Below, one piece after another: positions 1 to 11,120 of a DNA stretch of 64,000 nucleotides. Made by a program: the position numbers and the translations under genes. Positions within the stretch are counted from its first letter, which is position 1; each line of letters starts with the position of its first letter. The notes beneath the pieces were generated by a model. The model saw nothing but the letters and a program-made list of their open reading frames with translations. It was not told the DNA's origin and did not search any database. Origin of the DNA: Phoronis australis (lineage: Eukaryota > Animalia > Phoronida); the NCBI GenBank assembly GCA_002633005.1, contig NMRA01000647.1:23711-87710 (forward strand). The letters run 5' to 3'.

Positions 1-77
1 TAATAAGCACATTAATTACTGAACAAGTTAAGTGTGTGTAGAATAATTACAACATACTTTAAATACTGTCATTTCTA

Positions 78-860
78 TCACGGGTGCCTTCGTACTTTCG
101 TCATTGAAACTGCTTTGATCCTGTCACTCAGCATGGTTACGACATCCTTGTCAACAGCTCTCTTGCTGCATACGATGGCTGGTAAGAGGTTCCGAATGGC
201 AGGGGCGAGGCTCATCAGGATTGCAGAACTTTGCGAGTGCCAGCTGTACTGCTGCTGCTTTGTACCTGACGAGGCTTCTCCCTCCTCATCACTTGACTCC
301 TCATGCTGGCCACGAAGGCCATAGCAAAAGCTGCAGAACAGTCGCTCTGACAACAAGATGTAGTTGGAGTGTGTCCCGCAAACTAGCCTCGGAAATGATC
401 CGTATCCCCGCTTAACAAGATAAGTGTCTGGAGGCGCAGGACAGTTACGATTGGGACATTTCACCCTGGCTTCCAATAGTCCTACAGGTCTCCACAGGAA
501 GACTGGTGTCGTGAAGAAGCCCAGCATGTTAGGAATGGACGACTTGATGGATGTGGGGATGGGAGGGGGGTGAAACCACATCTTGTCTTTGAAAGTTCTG
601 CGAAACAATGTTTCCCCTTTAGCGTTTTTGTATGCTTTAGGCGGACCGAACAAGCCGTATTCTTCACTCTCCTTCATCCACCTGACGTTGTTTCGTGCTG
701 GGGAAGCCGCATCCTCCCACTGCTTCTGCCAACCTTCCAATGTAACAGAGCTGGTCACCTCGGGGATGGGAGTAGTTGGCCCTTTGTCTTTGTCTTCAGG
801 AGCTGGCACACTGGTAATACACGGAGCGACAGGTGCTTCTGACTGTTCCAGTATGTTTTC
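78..860 (-). mobile_element. DUF6729-like exon, copy 1 (N-terminal Cys-rich region of a putative DDE transposase)
   Basis: ORF 78..809 (243 aa): LEGWQ..W, FFTTPVFLWRPVG, CPNxxC, LVCG..YILLSERLFCSFC, PAIVCSKRAVD..VVTMLSDR; pyrimidine-rich splice acceptor near 861. Matches remembered DUF6729 family proteins of fish and invertebrates. Confidence 0.7.
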
Positions 861-1269
861 TATGAAGAAAAAATAACGGCATCACATGCACAGTTCAACA
901 CTCAAGAATTGAGCAATATTAGGATTTGTTGTATTAGTTTTTTATCACAAGAGGTTATCATATCTTGGTTACAAAACAGCCCGTGCTCAGTTAAGGAAGT
1001 GTAGCAGCATACTCATACAAACCTACCGTAATCGCTAACGTGAATGTAAAAAGCTAATGATATCCATATCGACGTTACAAATACGAACATTAGGGAATTA
1101 ATTCACCCACATTCAAAACGAAGTTGACAACTAGCTTCCAAGATGACGATAGGTTACACCATACCTGCCAGTGACAACAGTTAAGTGTGTGTAGAATAAT
1201 TACAACATACTTTAAATACTGTCAATTCTATCACGGGTGTCTATGTTATCATTACTCGTCACACTGTAC

Positions 1270-2037
1270 CTTTGTACTTTTGACATTGAAACAGCATTGA
1301 TCCGGTCACTCAAAAGGGTTACGACATCCTTGTCAAGTGCTCTCTTGCTGCAAACAATGGCTGGGAAGAGGTTCCTAATAGCTGGGGCAAGTCTAATCAG
1401 GATGGCAGAACTGTGTGAGTGCCAGCTGTACTGCTGCTGCTTTCTATCTGACCAGGCTTCTTACTCCTCATCACTGGACTCATCACGCTGGCCATGAAGG
1501 CCATAGCAAAAGCTGCAGAACAGTCGCTCTGAAACCAAGACGTAATTAGAGTGCGTCCCGCAAACTAGCCTCGGGAATGAACCGTATCCCCGCTTAACAA
1601 GGTATGTGTCTGGAGGCGCAGGACAGTTTCTATTGGGACATCTCACCCTGGCTTCCATTAGTCCAACAGGTCTCCACAGGAAGACTGGTGTGGTGAAGAA
1701 GCCCAGCATATTGGGAAATGGTGACTTATCGACGTCGGGATAGGAGGGGGATGAAACCACTTCTTGTCTCTGAATGTTCTGCATTATAAAGTCTCCCCTG
1801 TGACATTTTTTTATCTTTAAGCAGACCAAAGAAGCCGTATACTTCACTGTCCTTCATCCATCTGATGTTGTGTCTTGCTCTGGAAGCTGCATTCTCCCAC
1901 TGTTTCTGCCAACCTTCCAAAGTAACGCAGCTGGTCTCCTCGGAGATGGGAGCAGTTGCCACTTTGTCTATAAGTTCAAGAGTTGGCACACTGGTTATAC
2001 AAGTTGCAACAGGTACTTCCGACTGAGTATGTTTTCT
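1270..2037 (-). pseudogene. DUF6729-like exon, copy 2 (frameshifted, premature stop)
   Basis: ORFs 1726..2067 and 1461..1847 align to copy 1; ends SMSKVQR|gtacag; broken by frameshifts and a stop at ~1461. Confidence 0.7.
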
Positions 2038-2842
2038 ATAGAGAAAAAATAGCAGCATCATATGCACAATTCAACACTCAATGTTTACATAATAGGAGGA
2101 TTTGTGATATCACTTTTTATCACAATATTATGACAAGAGTTTATCATAACTTGGTCATACAACAGCACGTGCTCAGTTGAGAAAGTGTAGCAGTATACTC
2201 ATAGAAACATAATGTTAATCGCTAACGTGAATGTAAAATGCTAATGATGTCCACATCGATGTTACAAATACGAACATTAGGGAATTAATCCACCCACACT
2301 CAAAATGAAGTTGACAATTAGCTTTCAAGATGACGATAGGTTAGATAATAGCTGCAAGTGATAAGAGCTCACTGTCTTGCACGTGGTTTTCGTCGAACTC
2401 GTCGGGAGGGGGCATGCTGACCGTGGCACTTGGTGATCTTTTTTCAGCCATTTCTAAACAGAAGTATTCGTAATTGACTAATCAATGGTCTTTAAGACTC
2501 ACGCATTCAATGTGTGTGTGTGTTGATTTTAACATTTCTTGACACGACAGTCACTCTTTGATCATTCAGTGCCATACTGAAATACAGAATATACCAGGAC
2601 GTTCACAGTTTTTGTTCTAAACCTCTACATCACGGGTAATTCGCCGAATGAACAACTTCAGCTGATATAACTTTAAACGACTCATCCCTTCGCAGTTGCT
2701 CAGTTCTGAGAAGTTTTTGTTTCCATTCCATCCGGCCCTGATCAGTTCAGACATGTCGTCTCTGTTGTAAGCAAGCAGTGCCCCAGCAAGAGCACTCATG
2801 AATAATACTTGGCATAAGTCTGCTTGATAACAACGGCATCCC

Positions 2843-4101
2843 GGTGTTTCTGAGTTTAAATTGATCCAGTACGCTGACGACACTTGTTTGATTTTGGACG
2901 GTTCTGAGTTATCTTTAAGATCATCTTTGAATTTAATTGACCAATTTGCGAAATTTTCTGGTTTGAAGCCAAACATCGAGAAAACAAGATGTGTTTGGAT
3001 TGGTTCAAAAAAAGACTCTCACGAAAAGCTTTGTGTCAATGAGAACCTGTTATGGACCAACAAACCTTTCATGTTTTTGGGAATTAACTTCTCCACTGAT
3101 TATAATACAATGCCGGGTATTAACTATAGTTGCAGGTTTTTGGAAATTAAGAAAATGGTGGGCTCTTGGTCAAGACGAATTCTTACTGTTTTAGGTAAAA
3201 TAACCGTGGTTAAGACACTTTTATTGCCCAAGATTGTTCATTTGCTTCAATCCCTCCCTAGCCCCTCCATTGACATGATTCAAGAATTAGAGCGAGTTTT
3301 TTTTGGCTTCATTTGGAATGGGAAGAATGATAGAGTTAACAGAAATGAAATTGTACAAAATCAGGATCATGGTGGTCTAAAAATGGTTCATGTTAGTTTT
3401 TTTATTAAGTCTTTGAAAATATCGTGGCTTCGTAAACTATTCACCTCAAATACCATACGTGACCTTGCAGAGGCAGTTTTGGGTTGTAAAGTTGATAACT
3501 TTTTTAAAATGGGAGACGCTTTCCTTAAAAAATTAGCTGAAGGCACCGACAATATGTTCTGGAAGGAAGTTTTAAGCGATGTTGTGCTCCTGTTTCAAAT
3601 GTGTGACAAAAATGAAAATATTATTTACTCTCCCCTGTGGTATAATTCAAAGATTAAAGTTGGTAAAAAATCTATTTTCTACAAGACCTGGTATGAAAGG
3701 GGAATCTATCGTGTGTGTGATTTGTTTAATGCTGAAGGTTCTTTTATGTCATACGAACAACTCTGTAATAGTTATAACTTTCAACCTCCAATACTAGAAT
3801 TCTATGGATTAAGAAGTGCAACCTTTGCAGCGTACAGGGGTCTTAAGAATAGACAAGACATCTTTTTACCAAATTTTCCAAATTATATGTATAAAATTTT
3901 ACATAATAAATCACAAGCGGTAAATATTTATGACACCTTACTGTACTAAGGCTTAGTACAGTCACTTCAGACATCTTGTAAGTATAAAAACAAGTGGGTC
4001 ATCTGAGATAGATATAAACGGTGTTATAAATAATGTAAATTTTAGTGACTCTGACTCATGGTGGAGAAAAGTAAATAAAAAAAAAAAAATTAAAAAAAAA
4101 A
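2843..4101 (+). mobile_element. 5'-truncated L1/Tx1-clade non-LTR retrotransposon with poly(A) tail and 14-bp TSD
   Basis: TSD aacaacggcatccc at 2829-2842 and 4102-4115; poly(A) ~4077-4101; RT ORF inside. Confidence 0.92.
2861..3949 (+). CDS. Reverse transcriptase C-terminal fragment (L1/Tx1 ORF2), 362 aa
   Basis: QYADD catalytic motif, FSGLKPNIEKT, FLGI, LTVLGKITVVKTLLLPK, FIWNGK, GGL, LWYNSKI: typical L1/Tx1 ORF2 motifs. Confidence 0.9.
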   Translation: MIQYADDTCLILDGSELSLRSSLNLIDQFAKFSGLKPNIEKTRCVWIGSKKDSHEKLCVNENLLWTNKPFMFLGINFSTDYNTMPGINYSCRFLEIKKMVGSWSRRILTVLGKITVVKTLLLPKIVHLLQSLPSPSIDMIQELERVFFGFIWNGKNDRVNRNEIVQNQDHGGLKMVHVSFFIKSLKISWLRKLFTSNTIRDLAEAVLGCKVDNFFKMGDAFLKKLAEGTDNMFWKEVLSDVVLLFQMCDKNENIIYSPLWYNSKIKVGKKSIFYKTWYERGIYRVCDLFNAEGSFMSYEQLCNSYNFQPPILEFYGLRSATFAAYRGLKNRQDIFLPNFPNYMYKILHNKSQAVNIYDTLLY

Positions 4102-6789
4102 AACAACGGCATCCCATCTGTGATTCTAGTGCCTAATGTCGAGATGAATAGCCATCCCTCCGTCGACCCAGTCACAAAACAGTGTTTCCAGAAATGAAGA
4201 CCTTTATCACTCGTAATGTATCAGTTTACATTAATTAGAAAATGTAGGTTAATTATTTGGCACATGCATGTAAACTTAAATAATAGCAAGGATTTTTGAT
4301 TAAAATTCACTCCAGCACTGCAGCAGTTGTCAGTGTAGAGCATCTTTGGATTAGCCGCATTGGCCCGCTTGAAACGTGCGACGAGACCCTTGGCCATCCT
4401 TGCATAGCACTCTTCAGATTCCGATGCCAGTACCACCATCGTCAAAATTTGGCCGAGCTCATTTAGAACAGTTGTTACATATTACATTATCCCTTCGTCC
4501 TCCCCATGAATTTTCTTGAGCACCTGCAATTAACATGAAGTGGTCATAACACTGAGTAAAAGGTGTGTACAAACAAAAAACTGGTAGCAGCACCAGCAAT
4601 TTTTAAAAGTGCCAGAAATGGTGGTATATTTTGCAGAAAAGAAACTTACTCGCTTGGTCCCATCGATACCGAGAATTTTTCCAGTTACCTCACGATGAAT
4701 GCTCTGTAAGTTGGCATCTTCTCAATTTCTTTCATGAGATGAGCTCGGCGTAAGAAGCACAGGCAACGCAGAGGAGCCTGTGGGAGAAGGGTCGTGTACA
4801 ATCCCACTGGCTTGAAGTACTGCAAGTTGCCCTCTTGACGCATGAGCAGTGTACAGCAGGCAAAGTCTCTACGTTGGATATGCAGTTCCTCGCTTGAGCA
4901 ACTTGGACGAATATATGATTCGCTCTTTAGTTATGCCACACATGCCCCGGTCTGAGTCCATAAGAGCAAAAATGTTTATCGTACTAAGGAAACTTTTCCT
5001 TTCAAAATGGAAACATTACTTTGCATAATTACCGAACACATGCTATGTACCAGTTTGCTCAGGTGGTGCCTTACGGTTGGCATTGGGACAACTGATCTTA
5101 GCTTGCATGACACATTTCACCAAAATAAAGCTGGGGTGGTGAAGAATGACTCCATGGATGGAAAGTTCCCCTGGAGTTCACATGGGATGTGGGTTGGGTA
5201 CAGTTCCATCTTATCCTTTAGGACAACCTACATTGTGACTTCTTTTAATGTTTTCGTTGGCTATGGCTGATCGAACAGCTCAAACTCAACGATGTCTTTA
5301 TCTCATTTGGTGTGAGGCAGCCACCATCCCAAAACTGCCACAGCACCGGAAGTGAAGTGCAAGTGCACATATACACACACCTATTAAATAGCTACTTGTA
5401 CTAACAAATGTTAGTCGATATTCAATCTTGGTATGTGATAGGGTTGAGGATTCTGGAGCAAGAGACCTGAAAGAATACATGTAGATTATCAGATACACTG
5501 TAGCTATTGCAACTGAATAATCAAATTCATGACTAGGGTTGCGTAAGGGCTGGTAGATTCCAGTTGGTTCAATTAAAACCGAAGGTAAATTCTCTTATTC
5601 AAGATCCTTAATTATGAGAGGAGAATTCCACATGCAAGGGTTTTTAGTGTAGTCGCATGAATTTACTTTCAATCGTGTGTTTCTCACCGATATCACTTAG
5701 TTCTATTTCTCTTGTCTTCCATACGCCATATTTTAAGGTGTCTTTTAGAATACGGTTCATGATCTTAGTCCGATGTCATAAGAGCTGTTGAGAGTTACAT
5801 GTAGGTGTATCTCACCTTCAATGGATGATTAAAAAGCCTCATCTGTGCGTCAGATTTGCCCTTTCTGAAATTCTTCTTTGTGCTATGTTCCATCTTAATG
5901 GATGACTGATCAGTAAAAATTGCACTATCAAATTGCACCTCATTAAAAGAAAATTAAGAAGAGTAACGTAACAACTGCTCACAAAGCATCAAAACGATCA
6001 TGAATTTTAGATACGATATTTCAAATGACACGAAATATAACTTTCTTGTACATTTGCCATCAGTAGCACCTAAATATATAACATACTTCTTAATATGGTT
6101 GTGCCTGACAACTTTTCTTCAAACTGTGCAAAGCAGGCTAAAAATGACATGAAACAAGGTTGCCTTCGCCTTTAAGCACTCTGTACACTAACCAGAAGCC
6201 GGTCTAAACCTTTTAGTTTCCTGCCGTTTAAAAGTGGAAGGGGTTCTTGGCATACTAACCGTTGTCGGCGTTTGTATCTCAAACGCTCACGCTAACCCTC
6301 TTGAGTATTTGGCAATGTGACCTTTGACCTTTAATCTTTGCTCTATGACCATTGATTGAGGTCCCGCTCAAATAGGGCGCCTAAACAACTTACTATATTA
6401 GTTGCTGTATTCTTGAGGTCACCTAGTCTTGCACGTACACTGTGAACCTCAAGCAGCTTTGGTAACATTTTTTCAACCTGTGCTTTGTTAGAATGTGTTT
6501 GCTCATTGAAATGGAATATAAAACCAAGATGCTGGAGACTGGAATAAACCTCAGGTATCTTCAAAGGTAGAGTTACTGGCGATTTATACTTTGCATTTTT
6601 AACTCGAAACAGAATCAGTTTCTCATATCCTGATATCCTGACTACAATAAGCCAGCAAGCATATTCTGTCTGCTATTATTGATAACAATGCGGCAACAGA
6701 TACATATTCTTAAAGTTATGTGGGAAAGCTGTCATAGTTACCGTTCGATACAAAACGAAACTAGCTCTTGATTAACTGTGTAAGACCAT

Positions 6790-6932
6790 GTGGTCGGTTG
6801 CATGAAACTGTCACAAATATAGGGACTTCACTGCATTCCCGAAATCTGCATGTGTTTGGACTTTGTTTACACACTATTTCTATCATTTTTATGAGGTGAG
6901 TCCTGGCTAGTGCTGTTTCGTGCAACCGGTCT
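6790..6932. mobile_element. MITE-like element (GGTTGCATGAAAC termini)
   Basis: cggttgcatgaaac ... gtttcgtgcaaccg inverted ends; left arm shared with 45070-45495. Confidence 0.6.
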
Positions 6933-8419
6933 CCAATGTATTGAACAAGTGAAGATGGATTTCTGTCTATTGCAATGTTGAGAAGTGTGCAATTTTTACA
7001 AATATTGTAAATTGATAAAATATAAATGTACTGACAGATGACCGACCCCTATATTTTTTTTAATTTTGGAATTCAAAATAGAAAAGGGGTCAGTATCCAC
7101 CAGTGAATCTGTAGGAGTGTGACCTTGAGAAAACGAACAGCATATGTATTATGTTGTATGGAACTTAATAAATGTGTAAAACAACTGCGCTTTAATTTAA
7201 TTAAAAATTCTGAACTCCTTTGTGTGTTTTTTGTCTCTTCGGCCACGTGACTTTGTGGAAAGGTGTGGTACTGTCACCTTATAAGACGAACCAAACATGT
7301 ACATATGAAGGCGATCATCGTGTAAGTTTGGATTTTGCAAGTACATGTGCTGATCAGTTACATGTACATCCCCGCGGTTAAAACTGCGGAAGGGTTGTTG
7401 ATTAAACTAACGTCTTCCAGTTTGACACCAGTTCCTGCCGAAGTAAACGGAGCCAAAATATCTGATTAGAAAAGCATAGGGTCGTTCTTGAGAAATAAGA
7501 CTCGCCCATTTTAGTGCAAATGTAGACTCCTGAATTACACAATAAAGACTCTTCAGGAATGCGCATGTTGTCAGAAATGGACGGAGACAAAGTAAGATGC
7601 TGTCTCAAATTCACATCCGAGGGCACGATCAAATGAAAGAAAATCTTAGACCTTCGCATGTGCTTAATTCTCGGTCACGGTGAAGCTAGAACTCACTAGC
7701 TATACACGCAATATATCTCATAAGTGTCTGATAAAAGTTCGAAATTCTAAGCCGTTACATTCTGTTTTTTGTGTCCAAGTCGTTGGCTGCACTTGTTTGG
7801 CTTCCTCGGTTCCGCCAGGTGAACCGGTAAGACGTCCGATTGGCCTGTACGTTGGAAGTCATCACGAATCAATCGCATGTCTTGGTGTGTTGACCCTGCG
7901 GGAACCACGAAGTCAATGAGGTGCGTCCTATATTTCGACAATCTGCATTTTGCTCGTTTCGCTGTCTGTTGAATTTTTAACCGAATAACTTTGTTATTTA
8001 ACCATTTACCACCCGATCTTGAATTACATGCAATCGAATCTAACAATAAATACGTAAGGAATGCAGATGTTGGACTCTAAAACTGTCGAAACCGATCTTC
8101 GACTTCCAATTGTCTCAAGTACAAATAAAATCTGGTCCGTCAACCTCCAGGGTCTTGTTTTTATGTCAGTATTACACAGTGCTGGTGTCTGCGGTGGGTG
8201 CGAGGAGAAGGCTAGATTTTTCAGGGCATGTGCCCCGAATCACCCAGAATTTTAGGGTTGATCTTAATAAAATTCGAAGCGTTTCTGGAGTTGCTGTTGG
8301 CATCAGTGTTTGCGTTCAGATAATGGATACAAGACCTGTCGCGATAAAGAATAGTCGGAGACTAAACGGCCCAATTCAATTTTCGTTTTAGCCCGAGTTA
8401 GACAGCGGCTAAAGACCAC

Positions 8420-8479
8420 TGAGACGTCACTGACTGTTGCTAACTTCATAACCATAGAGACGACACTGACTGTTGCTAA
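8420..8479. repeat. 36-bp minisatellite, left part (split by the Penelope insertion; continues 11121-11177)
   Basis: Unit gacgtcactgactgttgctaacttcataaccataga present on both sides of the element. Confidence 0.8.
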
Positions 8480-11120
8480 AAGCATGAAAACTTTGAGACA
8501 TCCAGTTGAGAAAACAGATCAAGCTTGAGTCTAATGCTGGAATTAAAACTTACAAAAAATACCGACGTTGCATCCACATCTCACGGACTTTAGCTTGGCT
8601 TGTGACGTGATCGTTATTCTGGCCAATTGGTGGCGTTTTGGCTAAACGGCGCGGCATTGGCGTCAGTACACCATCCCATACGTGTGACAAATCGAATCGT
8701 AAACCACCTCTTTTATTTAAAGAGGGACTCTCAATGCACTCATGGAGAGCTTCCTTTACACCCCTTTGAACCAGTCTTCTTCTCAGTCTAATATAGTAAC
8801 ATCATCCGTATTGAAAACCTGTCCAGTAGCGCACATGTTGCTAAAAATAGCCGAATCATAAGTGTCCCCGTAACTAGGACGACGATGTTGTGACATACGC
8901 ATTTTAATGGCTGTTTCGTTTCACCAATGTAACTGTCTGAGCACTGGGGATCCTAACACCTGACACCATAGACAACACATGGTTTGTTCACCTTGGGGGG
9001 TCTTGTCTACTAGTATTCCTCCTCAAGGTGCTCTGTACATTGCTGAGGATTTCCTTGAGAAGTGGGTAAGAACTCTATCGGATCGTGTGCTTAATGACTG
9101 AAACTTCTCTTTTGTCCAAGGGTTTTAACTACACGGCCACTCCGACCAAACTTCCTACTCTTGTGGTAATATCTGCCACTGACGAAGCCATCAAGCGCAA
9201 AGGTTTAGAAAATCCCAGGCCGATGGTCTTCGCCTGATGGTATGCAGTAATATCAAGAACGCTTGACCAATTAAATCTAATTTAAGTTGTGATGAGCGAA
9301 AGGCCTTGGTGAATTTGAGGGAAGACAATAACATCGTCATTCTCCCTGCAGATAAGGGTAAATGTGTTTGTGTTCTGGACTACGAGAATAAGTGTTTAGA
9401 TTTACCGAATGATGCTGCGACTTACAGATCTATCAACTACAACCCTACCCACTGGCTTTGGATGAAGGCGGTGCAGTTAGTGAACTCTCTACATCAGAGA
9501 TGGGATATCTATGATACCCTTAAGTTTAGAGTAATGCCTCCCAGTGAACCTACTGTTCCCGCCTTCTATGGCTTGCCAAAGATACTCAAGCCCGACCCCA
9601 TTCCGGTTCGCCCGATTGTCAGCAGCTGTGGATTAGTAACTTGCAACATCGCTAAACATGTTGCCAGTATTTTGAGCCCTCTGGTTGGGAAAACCCCTCA
9701 TCGTGTTGTAAACACTCAAGATTTTGTGAACAAACTAAAGAATTTTGTTCTGGAACCGGATGAGATAACGTGGTTTGATGTTACTGCCCCGTTTACTAGT
9801 ATTCCTCCTCTAGATGCTCTGTCCATTGCTGAGGATTTCCTTGCCAAAGACCCAGACCACGATTCGAGATGTTCCCTGTCAATTGCTCAATTCTGTGACC
9901 TTTTGTCGTTATGCCTGAACACTACTTATTTTGTGTTTAACCAGTTGCATTACATTCAACAGCATAGACGTGCTATGGGCTCGCCCGTATCTCCCATAGT
10001 AGCAACCCTGTATATGGAGGTCTTCCAGCAGCTCATTCTTAGTCAATATCCTGGCCACCCCCCTAGATTGTGATTGAGATATGTTGACGACACGTTTGTT
10101 ATTATTCGCAAGAATGAACTCTTTGCTTTCTTCAAGTTCATTAATGAGTTTGACCCTAACATCAAATTTACCCAGGAACCCTGTAAAGATGGTAAGCTAC
10201 CTTTTCTTGACTGTTTAGTCTCCATTAAACAGGACAGATCATTTGACACAAAAGTTTACCGTAAGAATACTCACACTGACCACTATCTTCAATTTGGCTA
10301 GAACCATCCTCTCATCCACAAGCTGGGTGTAAGTCGCACTTTGAACCACATAGCTAACACCATCATTTGTGATCCATCGACCATTTCTGAGGAAGTGAAT
10401 TACACTAAAGATGCTCTTGCCAATTGCAGTTATCCACGTTGGTCGTTCACCAAAGCGGAAAGATCAAAGAGGAGAAAGGTAAACCCTCAGACAACCACTA
10501 CTGTTAGTTCTCCTACTCGTGTGGTTATTCCCTACGTCCAGGGCCTGTCTGACCGCCTCAAGAGAACATTTAAACAGTTTGACATTTCTATTATCTACAA
10601 ACCCTTTAATTCTCTCCGCAGCCAACTGGTTAATGTCAAGGACAAGACCCCCAAGGTGAACAAAGCATGTGTTGTCTATGGTGTCAGGTGAAAGGATCCC
10701 GGCCCAGTGCTCAGACAGTTACAGTGGTGAAACGAAACAGTCCATTAAAATGCGCATGTCACAACATCGTCGTCCTAGTTACGGGGACACTTATGATTCG
10801 GCTATTTGTGCGCTACTGGACATGTTTTCAATACGGATGATGTTACTGTCTTAGACTGTGAAGAAGACTTCAAAACGGTTGAAAAGGAAGCTCTCCATGA
10901 ACGCACTGAGAGTCCCTTTTTAAATAAAACGCGGTTCACGATTCGATTTGTCACTCGTATGGGATCGTGTACTGACGTCAATGCCGCGCCGTTTAGCCAA
11001 AACGCCACCAATTAGCCAGAATAACGATAACGTCAAAGGTCAAGCTGAAGTACGTGAGATGCGGACGCAACTTCGGTAATTTTTGTAAGTTTTAATTCCA
11101 GTATTAGACTCAAAGTTGAT
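8480..11120 (+). mobile_element. Penelope-like retroelement (RT + GIY-YIG) with inverted 5' copy of its 3' end
   Basis: 8515-9007 is the reverse complement of 10641-11123; ctgactgttgctaa flanks both ends (8466-8479, 11121-11134). Confidence 0.9.
9306..10920 (+). pseudogene. Penelope RT / GIY-YIG endonuclease, disrupted
   Basis: ILPADKG, FYGLPKI, RPIVS, FDVT..FTSIP, AMGSPVSPIVA, RYVDDTF, LPFLD, VYRKNTHTDHYL, IPYVQGLS, VVYGVR..SYSGETKQ; stops and frameshifts. Confidence 0.92.

Larger units (their letters stand above)
21..2360. repeat. Diverged tandem duplication, two ~1.15-1.19 kb units each carrying a DUF6729 exon
   Basis: gttaagtgtgtgtagaataattacaacatactttaaatactgtc at ~27 and ~1180; 1030-1170 aligns with 2220-2360; many substitutions and no n gap. 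Confidence 0.9.
2372..5300 (-). pseudogene. Decayed intron-containing DUF6729-family DDE transposase gene
   Basis: Colinear exon remnants: DUF6729 (5010-5290, SFFTTPA..ISCPNAN), RRAHLMKEIEKMPTYR..GKILGIDGTKR (4650-4750), VLKKIHG..VTTVLNELGQILTMVVLASESEECYARMAKGLVARFKRANAANPKMLYTDNCC (4320-4523), SSFLETLFCDWV..HLDIRH..RWDAV (4105-4200), FMSALAGALLAYN..RRITRDVE (2620-2830); stops and frameshifts throughout. Confidence 0.75.
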
